Of a DNA stretch of 59,293 nucleotides, positions 9,303-17,665 are shown in pieces. The position numbers and the translations under genes were made by a program. This DNA is from Acidimicrobiales bacterium (GTDB lineage Bacteria > Actinomycetota > Acidimicrobiia > Acidimicrobiales > UBA8190), in contig JBEKVE010000004.1 of assembly GCA_049514335.1 (NCBI GenBank), forward strand, positions 1 to 59,293. The letters are read 5' to 3'. The first letter of the stretch is position 1. The number at the start of each line of letters is the position of its first letter. The notes under the pieces are model-generated. The model was not told the DNA's origin and did no database searches. It worked only from the letters and a program-made list of their open reading frames with translations.

Positions 9303-9494
9303 CCGGCCACATCGCCAGGACGGTCGATCCGCACCTCCGGAGGGCAGATCCGGCCCCGTGGCGTCCCAACGGACCCACAACGTCGTCCCGCCCAGGGGGC
9401 CGCCGGCACCAGATGTCCGTTGACCAGGGCATTCGTCGAGTGCGGCCCCGAAGTGGATGGTAAAGGGCGGGTCGAATCGCGTCGAAACCTTGTT

Positions 9495-11337
9495 GTGGTG
9501 GTCAGCACCGCTCTCTCCCCAGCCGACGTCGCACGCCCGGCGGCCGAGTCTCCGACCCGGTCGGACGCCCGACCCGCCGAGCACGACCACGCCTCGGGAC
9601 CCCCCGGGTGGCGGCCCGGGGTCCGCCTCGTCCTCGTCGCCATCGTCCTCATCCCGCTCCTGGCCACGGCAACGCTGGCGGTGTCCTCGGCACGAGGGGC
9701 GTGGGCGATACGCACACACGCGCAGACCGTCGCCGCCGACGCGCAACAGCTCGAAACGGTGGCCGAAGCTCGGGCGCAGATGAACCGGTTGGAGCTGCCC
9801 CTGACGGCGGTGTCCTACGGCCGGCAGCTGGGCGTGGACGAAGCGGTGCTCGACTCCCTGCTGCACCCGGCCACGCCGTTCCGCAAGCAGATCGCCGAGC
9901 AGGTCGCCGCGCTCAGCAACTACCCGACGTTCTCGTCGACACCGACGCTGCGGGCCGACGTCACCGCGTTGCCCGACGTGATCGTCGGCATGGCCGACGG
10001 CACGGTGAGCTTCAGCGAGATCCGGACGTTCACCGAGGGCATGGCGGCGACGATCGACGGGATCTGGTACCGCGACTTCAACCGTCTGCAGGCCGACGTG
10101 GCGACATGGTCCCCGCCGGGGTCATTCGAGGTGCACGTGTCGACGCTGCGTCAGGCGTACCAGGCGTTCCTGGCCGGAGGCCAGGAGATCGAGAGCACGA
10201 TCTACGTCCTCATCGGTGTCGGGCCTGCCAACGCCAAGGAAGAGTTGGTCCAGGCGGCGGGAGAGTTCCAGACGGCGACCCAGGAGCTGTCGGGGCTCCT
10301 CGCCCCGAACGCGGCCGCGGTGTGGAAGCACCTCCACGACAACGCTTCCCTCGCTCCAGTACCTGGCCGACCTGGACAAGCTGGTGACAGCGGCATCACA
10401 GGACCTCCGCGTGACGGCGAACGCCCAGGCCGTCTCGGCGACGCACCGAATGGTGGAGGAGATGGGATTTCTCCTCCTCCTGCTCGTTGTCTGCTTCGGT
10501 GGGGTGGCGCTCACAGGTCGGATCGTGGCCCGCCCCCTCAAGCGGCTGGCGGCCGAGGCGATCCAGATCCACAACGGCGAATTCGACCTCAGCCCCCTGC
10601 CCGACGCAGGCCCCCGGGAGGTCGTCACGGCCACCGAGGCCTTCAACGACATGGCCTCGACGCTCAAGGCGGTCGAGGGCAAGGCCGTCGCACTGGCGGC
10701 CGAGGACCTCTCCGATCCCGAGCTGCTGACGCCGCTGCCGGGACGGACCGGTCGGGCGCTGCAGGCGTCGATCACCGCCCTCGGGACGAGGACCCGCGAG
10801 CGCGAGGCGCAGCGCCGTCTGCTGCACGACGCTGCCACGCACGACTCGCTCACCGGGCTCTTGAACCGCCCGTCGGTGCTCGAGTTCCTCACCAACGACG
10901 TGGCCCGGCGGCGTGGGGCCGGTGACACGGTGGCCGTGCTCTTCGTCGACCTCGACGGCCTCAAGCCGCTCAACGACGTCTACGGCCACGAGGCCGGTGA
11001 CGCCGCCATCGCCGTCACGGCTCTCGCTCTCACCCATGCCACCGGCCACTGCGACGTGGTGGGGCGTCTCGGCGGGGACGAGTTCCTGGTCGTGCTGTGC
11101 CACGCCCACAGCTGTCAGGGCGACGCCGTGGTGGAGCGGATCCGACAGGTGGTGGCCGAGTGCCGGATCCCTGTGGACGGCGGGCTCGTCCCGTTGGAAG
11201 CCAGCGTGGGCGTGGCCCTCGCCCAGTGCGACTACGACACCGACCCCATGCTCCTCGTCCGCCAGGCCGATGAGGCGATGTACGAGGCGAAGAAGGCGGC
11301 GCGCGCCAGCCGGGATCGGGTCTCCTCGGGCTCCTGA
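9495..11337 (+). pseudogene. Sensor diguanylate cyclase (TM - periplasmic sensor - TM - HAMP - GGDEF) interrupted by a +1 frameshift near 10345-10357
   Basis: Frame 0 (the 9420.. ORF) encodes TM1 (VRLVLVAIVLIPLLATATLAV) and the sensor region up to ...AVWKHLHDNAS. The sensible sequence then continues in frame +1 (the 10216.. ORF): LQYLADLDKLV..., TM2 (MGFLLLLLVVCFGGVALTG), HAMP, and GGDEF (RLGGDEFLVV). The start codon is uncertain (GTG 9495 or 9498). A sequencing error cannot be excluded. Confidence 0.65.
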
Positions 11338-11408
11338 CGCCAAAGCGGCGGTGTGCGAGGGCGCCGGGCGATCGGGCGGGTCAGGGCGAAAGCTGTCATT
11401 GTGGGGGC

Positions 11409-12272
11409 GTGGGCACCCCGTCGATCCTCATCACCGGTGCGTCCACGGGGATCGGGCAGGCGTGCGCTGTTGCCTTCGACCGTCTCGGGTGGGACGTCTT
11501 CGCCGGGGTCCGGCGCGACGAGGACGGCCGGCGACTGGCGGCAGGGGCGAGCGACCGGCTGCGACCGGTGATCCTCGACGTCACCGACATGAGCTCGGTG
11601 GAAGCGGCGGCCAAGGAGATCGACGTCGCCGTGGGCGAGGCCGGGCTGACGGCGGTGGTCAACAATGCGGGCATCGCGGTGGGCGGTCCCGTCGAGTACC
11701 TCGCCGTGGATGAGTGGCGGCGGCAATTCGACGTCAACGTGATCGGTCCGGTGGCGGTGACGAGGGCCGTGCTCCCCTCGATCCGCCGGTCCGGTCGGCG
11801 GGGTCGGGTCGTGTTCATCGGCTCCATCGGTGGACGGGTGGCCAACCCCTTCGTGGCGCCCTATGCGGCCTCGAAGCACGCCATCGAGGCCATCGCCGAG
11901 TCCATGCGCCACGAGCTGGCCCCCACGGGCATCCGCACGGTGGTGATCGAGCCCGGCGCGGTCCGCACGCCCATCTGGGACAAGGGACAGTCCGATGCCG
12001 ACGACATCGAGGCCGGCATGCCGGCCGAAGGTCTCGAGCGCTACGGGGCGGCCATTGGCGCGCTGCGCAAGGCCATGCAGTTCCAGGCCCGCACCGGCGT
12101 CGATCCCTCTGTGGTGGCCGGCGTGGTCGAGCGAGCCGTGACGAGCCCGAAGCCCGCGGCCCGCTACGTCGTCGGACGCGATGCCAAGGCGATGGCGATC
12201 GCCATCCGCTTCCTGCCCGACGGGGCCAGGGACGCACTCATGCGCGTCGGCATGAAGATGGCGTCACGCTGA
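11409..12272 (+). CDS. Short-chain dehydrogenase/reductase (SDR)
   Basis: The product begins MGTPSILITGASTGIGQA (the TGxxxGIG motif). It also has NNAG and the YAASKHA catalytic motif (YxxxK). Confidence 0.9.
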   Translation: MGTPSILITGASTGIGQACAVAFDRLGWDVFAGVRRDEDGRRLAAGASDRLRPVILDVTDMSSVEAAAKEIDVAVGEAGLTAVVNNAGIAVGGPVEYLAVDEWRRQFDVNVIGPVAVTRAVLPSIRRSGRRGRVVFIGSIGGRVANPFVAPYAASKHAIEAIAESMRHELAPTGIRTVVIEPGAVRTPIWDKGQSDADDIEAGMPAEGLERYGAAIGALRKAMQFQARTGVDPSVVAGVVERAVTSPKPAARYVVGRDAKAMAIAIRFLPDGARDALMRVGMKMASR

Positions 12273-12337
12273 CGCTGCCCGCGCAGGGCGGTGGTCGGCC
12301 CGCACAACGAGCAGTGCGGACGCGTCATAATGCGGTC

Positions 12338-12592
12338 GTGCCTCAGCCCCGGACGGCGTCATCTCGGTGGTCGCTCTGGTCGGAGAACTCGCTGCTGTGC
12401 ATCGCGTCCAAGAACTCGGTCCTGTCCATCGGTTCCGTCGGGTCCATGTGCTCGATCGGATCGGTCGGGTCGTTCTTTTCGGCGCTGAGCATCGGTTCGG
12501 CCGGGTCGATCGGCTCGGTGCTGTCGGCCGGGGCACGGTGGTCGGTGATGTCGTACAAGGCCGTCAGGGCCGTGACCTCGACCTCGCGTTGA
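12338..12592 (+). CDS. Hypothetical small protein with a (Ser-x-x)x22 repeat. Start codon and coding strand are both uncertain.
   Basis: The frame reads ...SRW SLW SEN SLL CIA SKN SVL SIG SVG SMC SIG SVG SFF SAL SIG SAG SIG SVL SAG ARW SVM SYK.... By eye about 90% of third positions are G/C. Its TGA (12590-12592) shares a base with the ATG of the next gene. The antisense frame shares the same wobble positions, so coding strand is not settled. Confidence 0.4.
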   Translation: MPQPRTASSRWSLWSENSLLCIASKNSVLSIGSVGSMCSIGSVGSFFSALSIGSAGSIGSVLSAGARWSVMSYKAVRAVTSTSR

Positions 12593-13770
12593 TGGAACGC
12601 ATCGACGACCCTGATGGCCACCCGGTGGCAGCTGGGCTCGACGCAACCGTGGACCCCGCCGTGCTCGACGGCCTTCTCCGGCGGGCGGGGCGCGAGGTCG
12701 ACGAGGGCCTGCTCCCCGCGTGCCAGGTGGCGGTGGCCCACCGTGGCGCGCTCCTTGCCACCCGCACCTACGGCGCCCCCCCGAGCAGCCGGTTCGTCGT
12801 CTACTCGTGCACCAAGGCGATCACCGCCGGCGCCCTGTGGCTGCTCCTCGGTGACGGGCGGCTCACGCCCGGCACGAGGGTGGCCGACGTGGTGCCGGCC
12901 TTCGCCGAGAACCACAAGGGCGACGTGACCGTCGAGCACCTGCTCACGCACACGGCCGGCTTCCCCGGTGCCCGCATGCCCGACGAGGACTGGGCCGACC
13001 CGCGCCGCCGGGTGGAGCGTTTGGCATCGTGGAGGCTCGAATGGGAGCCGGGATCGCGCTTCGTGTACCACGGGGGCTCGGCGCATTGGGTGCTCGCCCA
13101 TCTGGCCGAGACCGTGACCGGCACCGACTTCCGGGCGCTCGTCGCCGACACCGTTCTCGGTCCCCTGGGGATCCCGTCGCTTTGTCTCGGGCCCCGTCCC
13201 GAGGACCAGCACGACGTGCTCGACGTCGTCTCGGTGGGTGAGGCGCTGTCCGAGGCCGAGCTGGGCGAGCTGGGGGGCTCGATCGGCCTCGACGTGTCGG
13301 CCATCGGCACCTCCGAGGAGGAGCTGCTCCGCCACAACGACCCTGCGGTGCGGGCCGTGGGCCATCCCGGCGGCGGTGCGGTGGGCCGGGCGGCCGATCT
13401 GGCCATGTACTACCAGGCGCTGTTGGCCAATCCGGACGAGCTGTGGAGACCCGAGGTGCTGCGGGCGGGAACGGCCGAGATCCGCTGCGATCTGATCGAC
13501 CCCATGACGGGCGCGCCGGCCAACCGCACGCTCGGCCTCCTCCTGGCCGGGGACGGTGAGACGGCGATGTTGCGGGGCTTCGCCTCGACGAACTCAGGGC
13601 GCACGTTCGGCCACATGGGAGCGGGGGGACAGGTCGCCTGGGCCGATCCCGCCACGGGGCTGTCCTTCGCCTACGTGACCAACGGCCTCGACAGGAACCC
13701 CGTTCGCATGGGCGGGCGTGGCGTCTCCCTGTCGTACCGGGCCGGTGCGGTGGTGGCAGCCGGCGGGTAG
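12592..13770 (+). CDS. Serine hydrolase of the beta-lactamase/transpeptidase fold (class-C/EstB-like)
   Basis: The start is ATG 12592 (MERIDDPDG...). The SxxK motif is present in the context FVVYSCTKAITAGALWLLLGDG, and a YHGGSAHW segment follows. Confidence 0.8.
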   Translation: MERIDDPDGHPVAAGLDATVDPAVLDGLLRRAGREVDEGLLPACQVAVAHRGALLATRTYGAPPSSRFVVYSCTKAITAGALWLLLGDGRLTPGTRVADVVPAFAENHKGDVTVEHLLTHTAGFPGARMPDEDWADPRRRVERLASWRLEWEPGSRFVYHGGSAHWVLAHLAETVTGTDFRALVADTVLGPLGIPSLCLGPRPEDQHDVLDVVSVGEALSEAELGELGGSIGLDVSAIGTSEEELLRHNDPAVRAVGHPGGGAVGRAADLAMYYQALLANPDELWRPEVLRAGTAEIRCDLIDPMTGAPANRTLGLLLAGDGETAMLRGFASTNSGRTFGHMGAGGQVAWADPATGLSFAYVTNGLDRNPVRMGGRGVSLSYRAGAVVAAGG

Positions 13771-13993
13771 GACCGCGACGACACCGGCGACGCCGACCGG
13801 CGGGCACGGACCGCCCGTCCATCGCCTTCGTGGTGCCCCTGGTGGTGCACGTCTGGCGTCGAAGAAGCGCCCCCGGCGGTCGACCATCCGGTGACGGCCG
13901 CCCCGGTGCCAGACCAGCAGAGGAGACGACCCGACCGAGCTCGGCGTTCCTCAGGCCCTGTCCGCCCGGCGAAGTACCCGGCCGGGAGAATCG

Positions 13994-14028
13994 GATATTC
14001 TGAAATATCACAGATTTGTGTTATCTCA
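13994..14028. promoter_or_regulatory. AT-rich nested palindromes (putative MarR operator/promoter)
   Basis: GATATTCTGAAATATC (13994-14009) is a perfect 6+6 inverted repeat. It overlaps TGAAATATCACA-gatt-TGTGTTATCTCA (14001-14028), a 10/12 inverted repeat. TAATAT lies at 14038-14043. This is the only strongly AT-rich island in a 70% GC context. Confidence 0.55.
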
Positions 14029-14042
14029 GGAAACTCAGTAAT

Positions 14043-14582
14043 ATGGCGACCATGCCGAGCGATGGTGAGATCACGTTTGCCGACCACGCCGGGCGCTTCT
14101 ACGCCCGGCGGTACGGCATGGCCCCGATGGTGGGGCGCCTCGTCGGGTACCTGGCGGTCTGCGACCCACCCGAGCAGAGCATGACCGAGCTGGCCGACGC
14201 GCTCCTGGCGAGCCGGAGCGCCATTGCCGGCGCCGTCAACGTCCTGGAGAGCCTCGGGATCATCCGGCGCACCCGTGCCGCGGGGGAGCGGATGGACCGG
14301 GTCTGTATCGACCTGTCGTCGCCCCGGGCGCTGGGCTTCGATCTGTCGGAGTACCAGGAGCAGGCCGAACTGGCCCGCGAGGGGTTGGAGATGCTGGCCG
14401 GCACCCCGCCCGAGCGCCGGGCGGTGCTCTTGGAATGGGCCGCCCTCGCCGACTTCCTGGTGGCTCGGCTCCCGGTCTGGGAGGAGGAGTGGCGGACCTA
14501 TCGAGAGGCGCGGCGCGCCGCGGGGGAGCTTCCCGACAAACCGGCCCACCCGAACCCGCAACGACAAGGCAGGAAGCCGTGA
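14043..14582 (+). CDS. MarR/GbsR-like winged-helix transcriptional regulator
   Basis: The product reads MATMPSDGEITFADHAGRFYARRYGMAPMVGRLVGYLAVCDPPEQSMTELADALLASRSAIAGAVNVLESLGIIRR. The start is ATG 14043 or ATG 14052 (possibly leaderless). It overlaps the ABC gene through GTGA. Confidence 0.75.
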   Translation: MATMPSDGEITFADHAGRFYARRYGMAPMVGRLVGYLAVCDPPEQSMTELADALLASRSAIAGAVNVLESLGIIRRTRAAGERMDRVCIDLSSPRALGFDLSEYQEQAELAREGLEMLAGTPPERRAVLLEWAALADFLVARLPVWEEEWRTYREARRAAGELPDKPAHPNPQRQGRKP

Positions 14583-15565
14583 CCAGCATGCCGACCAGAC
14601 CCGGGATCGTCGCTCGCGACGTGTGCAAGTCGTACGGCAGTCATCTGGTGCTCGACTCCGTCCACCTGACGGCGCAGGAAGGCTCGATCCTGGCGCTGCT
14701 CGGGCCGAACGGGGCGGGCAAGACCACGATGGTGCGCATCCTCTCCACCTTGATCTCGGCCGATTCGGGTTCCATGCGGATCGCCGGTCACGACGTGGTG
14801 ACCGATCCCGACGGGGTCCGGTCCGTCATCGGCGTCACCGGCCAATTCTCGGCAGTGGACACTCTGCTCACGGGGGCGGAGAACCTGCGGTTGATGGCTG
14901 ACCTGCGCCACCTCGGCCGCGACGCCGGACAGCAGCGGGTGACGGACCTGCTCGAGCAGTTCGACCTCACCGACGCCGCCGACAAGCCGTTGTCGAGCTA
15001 TTCGGGGGGCATGCGTCGGCGACTCGACCTGGCCATGACCCTGGTGGGCCAGCCCAGCGTGATCTTTCTCGACGAGCCCACCACCGGCTTGGACCCCCGC
15101 AGCCGTCGCACCATGTGGCAGATCATCCGCGAGCTCGCTGCGGACGGTGTGACCATCCTGCTCACCACGCAGTACCTCGACGAGGCGGATCAGCTCGCCG
15201 ACCGGATCGCGGTGCTCGATCAGGGCCGGATCGTGGCCGAAGGGACCCCGGCCGAGCTGAAGAGCCGGATCCCCGGCGGTCACATCCGGCTCCATTTCGC
15301 CCATCCCGACCTGCTGTGCTCGGCGGCCGAGCTGCTCCCGGGAGCTGCGCCCGACAAGGATCAGCTCGTCCTCCAGGTCCCGGCCGACGGCACGGTCGAC
15401 TCGCTTCGTGGACTGCTCGATGAGCTGCACGAGGCCCGCATCGGGGTCGAACGCCTGTCGATCCACACCCCAGACCTCGACGACGTGTTCCTCGCCGTCA
15501 CCGGCACCCACGTCGACGGCCGACCCGACCACGACCCTGCACTGCAAGGAGTGCTGCAGCCATGA
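14579..15565 (+). CDS. ABC transporter ATP-binding protein (DrrA/daunorubicin-resistance-like)
   Basis: Walker A is GPNGAGKTT, the signature is YSGGMRRRL, and Walker B is IFLDEPTTGLD. The start is GTG 14579 or ATG 14588. Confidence 0.92.
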   Translation: MTSMPTRPGIVARDVCKSYGSHLVLDSVHLTAQEGSILALLGPNGAGKTTMVRILSTLISADSGSMRIAGHDVVTDPDGVRSVIGVTGQFSAVDTLLTGAENLRLMADLRHLGRDAGQQRVTDLLEQFDLTDAADKPLSSYSGGMRRRLDLAMTLVGQPSVIFLDEPTTGLDPRSRRTMWQIIRELAADGVTILLTTQYLDEADQLADRIAVLDQGRIVAEGTPAELKSRIPGGHIRLHFAHPDLLCSAAELLPGAAPDKDQLVLQVPADGTVDSLRGLLDELHEARIGVERLSIHTPDLDDVFLAVTGTHVDGRPDHDPALQGVLQP

Positions 15566-16359
15566 CCACGCTCGCCTACACCATCAGCGACTCGCGGACG
15601 ATGTTGCGCCGCAACCTCAAGCACAAGCTCCGCTACCCGTCCATGACCCTGATGCTCGTCGGACTGCCCATCGTGTTCCTGCTGCTGTTCGTCTACGTCT
15701 TCGGCGGCCAGCTGGGCGCAGGCCTCGGCCCCCACGACGGCCGCGGCGCCTATCTCGACTACGTCGTGCCCGGGGTCCTGCTGATCACCGTGGCGTCGGC
15801 CGTCCAGGGCACCGCCATCATGGTGGCGATGGACATGACGGGCGGCATCATCGACCGATTCCGCACCATGGCCATTGCCCGCGCCTCGGTCCTCACCGGC
15901 CACGTGCTCGGAAGCCTGATCCAGACCCTGGCGGGCATCGCCGTCGTCATCGGCGTCGCATTCGGCCTCGGCTTCCGCGCCACAGCAGGGCCGCTCGACT
16001 GGCTCGGCGCCATGGCGGTACTGGGCCTGTTCGCCTTTGCGCTCATCTGGCTGGCCGTCGCCCTCGGCCTCGCCGCCAAGAGCGTCGAGACCGCCAGCAA
16101 CACCCCGATGTTCCTGACCCTGCTGCCCTTCCTCGGCAGCGGGTTCGTGCCCACCCACACCATGCCGCCGGGTCTGCGCCAGTTCGCCGAATACCAGCCC
16201 TTCACCCCCGTCGCCGACACCGTGCGAGGCCTTCTCACCGGTGCTGGTGTCGGCGGTGACGCCGTCGCTGCGTTGGCGTGGAGCATCGGCATCGCCGTGG
16301 CGGCCTACTTCTGGGCCACACACCTCTACAACCAACGCCGAGCAGCCGAGCCGAAGTAG
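15562..16359 (+). CDS. ABC-2 type transporter permease (DrrB-like)
   Basis: It overlaps the ATPase gene through ATGA. The 265-aa product has six predicted TM segments. Confidence 0.88.
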   Translation: MTTLAYTISDSRTMLRRNLKHKLRYPSMTLMLVGLPIVFLLLFVYVFGGQLGAGLGPHDGRGAYLDYVVPGVLLITVASAVQGTAIMVAMDMTGGIIDRFRTMAIARASVLTGHVLGSLIQTLAGIAVVIGVAFGLGFRATAGPLDWLGAMAVLGLFAFALIWLAVALGLAAKSVETASNTPMFLTLLPFLGSGFVPTHTMPPGLRQFAEYQPFTPVADTVRGLLTGAGVGGDAVAALAWSIGIAVAAYFWATHLYNQRRAAEPK

Positions 16360-16383
16360 AACGGGACGATCAGCCCCGAGTGG

Positions 16384-16665
16384 TCAGCGTCGACGCTCGC
16401 GGAGCCACCGTGGATCTCCGTCCATCGGCGCCCTGCGGCGCTCCGGACGGACCTCCTCGGAGAAGAACACGTCGGGGAAGCTGTGGCCGTCTGAGAGCCG
16501 CCGGATGCGGTAGCCGTCGTCGAGCACCTCGGAGATCTCGAAGCCGCTCGTCCAGTTTCCGAGGAATCGGTTCCGCACGCAGATGTTGGTGCCGACCGAC
16601 AGGGTTGGGTACTGGCTCCCTTCGGCGGAATCGTCTCGGACGTCCGCCGCCTCGTCTTGGCTCAC
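16384..16665 (-). CDS. Hypothetical protein (or the C-terminal part of a frameshifted gene)
   Basis: The minus-strand GTG at 16665-16663 overlaps the TGA of the upstream ORF (GTGA). The product is VSQDEAADVRDDSAEGSQYPTLSVGTNICVRNRFLGNWTSGFEISEVLDDGYRIRRLSDGHSFPDVFFSEEVRPERRR.... Confidence 0.45.
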   Translation of the reverse strand: MSQDEAADVRDDSAEGSQYPTLSVGTNICVRNRFLGNWTSGFEISEVLDDGYRIRRLSDGHSFPDVFFSEEVRPERRRAPMDGDPRWLRERRR

Positions 16666-16898
16666 CCCGTGGCTCCTTCCGACGGTCCGGTCAAGGCTGG
16701 AGGCCCGGACACCGGTGACCGCCCCGTGCCCAGCGACGGAGCCGGGTCCACGGAAACGTCGCCCTTCACGGCATCGGAGGTCCCGACCTGTGAGCGGGCG
16801 GTGATCCAGAACTCCGACCAGTACTCCCGCCAGTCGGAGGACCCGAGCACCCAGGCCAGGGCGGTGAGTCCGATTCCCCCCACGACGACGCGGCGCAC
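16662..16898 (-). CDS. Hypothetical membrane-anchored protein (or the N-terminal part of a frameshifted gene)
   Basis: The product is M/V-RRVVVGGIGLTALAWVLGSSDWREYWSEFW..., followed by a Pro/Gly/Ser linker. The start is a minus-strand GTG at 16898-16896. Confidence 0.45.
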   Translation of the reverse strand: MRRVVVGGIGLTALAWVLGSSDWREYWSEFWITARSQVGTSDAVKGDVSVDPAPSLGTGRSPVSGPPALTGPSEGATG

Positions 16899-17012
16899 GC
16901 AGAGGTGATCGGCAGGGAGGAAACGCCACTTGAGACAGCGTCGATTCGAGCCCGGTCAGGTCGGCGTCCTGAGCCATCAGCCCGTCAACCCCCCGATGGC
17001 TACCATCCCCTC

Positions 17013-17492
17013 ATGACCGCCGATGAGCTGTGGGTCGAGTCCTACCAGGGAGAGGTTCTCGGTGAGACCCTCTTCGGCGTGATGGCCGAGCGGGAGAAGG
17101 ACCCGGTCCATCGCCGCCAGTTGGAGGTCCTCACGCTCCTCGAGCGGGCCACCAAGGAGCTGGCCGAGCCCGTCTTCACCCGACGGCAGGTCGACCGAGG
17201 CGACAGTGCTTCGAGCGTTGCCAGTGGCATCCAACTGGCCGACGCCGTGGCGGGCATGACGTGGACCGAGTTCCTCTCCTCGTTCGAGTCGATCACCGCC
17301 GAGTTCCTGGCCAAGTACCACCAGCTCGTCGAACTTGCCGATGACGAGAATGACCGGCGTGTTGCCGAGACCTACGTGGCGCACGAGGTGGCTCTTGCTC
17401 GGTTTGCACGGCGTGGTCTCGGTCAGGAGGCAGGTGACCCGCTGGAAGATATCCTCGCCCTCCCGCACGTGGCAGCAGTCCTGGCAGGCTGA
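17013..17492 (+). CDS. Hypothetical helical protein
   Basis: The start is ATG 17013 (MTADELWVESYQGEVLGETLFGVMAEREKDPVHRRQLEVL...), giving 159 aa. I do not recognise a family. Confidence 0.55.
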   Translation: MTADELWVESYQGEVLGETLFGVMAEREKDPVHRRQLEVLTLLERATKELAEPVFTRRQVDRGDSASSVASGIQLADAVAGMTWTEFLSSFESITAEFLAKYHQLVELADDENDRRVAETYVAHEVALARFARRGLGQEAGDPLEDILALPHVAAVLAG

Positions 17493-17665
17493 AGGAGGGC
17501 GTCGGCGCCGACGCCTCGATCTCCTCGTCGGGCCCCCTTCTCATCGCTCCTGGCGTTTGCCGCGACCGGGGGAGGTCGGGTGGTGAAGGTCACAAGACCC
17601 AGGTGCCTCGGCTCGTCTAGATCAGGTCGACCTTCGGCCGGCACCCTCACATACGATTTCGGTTC

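Noticed and set aside
10350-10925. The 9420.. ORF continues for another 190 codons after the frameshift point.
   Set aside because: The translation becomes Pro/Gly/Arg-rich nonsense. The +1 frame over the same bases encodes a canonical TM-HAMP-GGDEF module.
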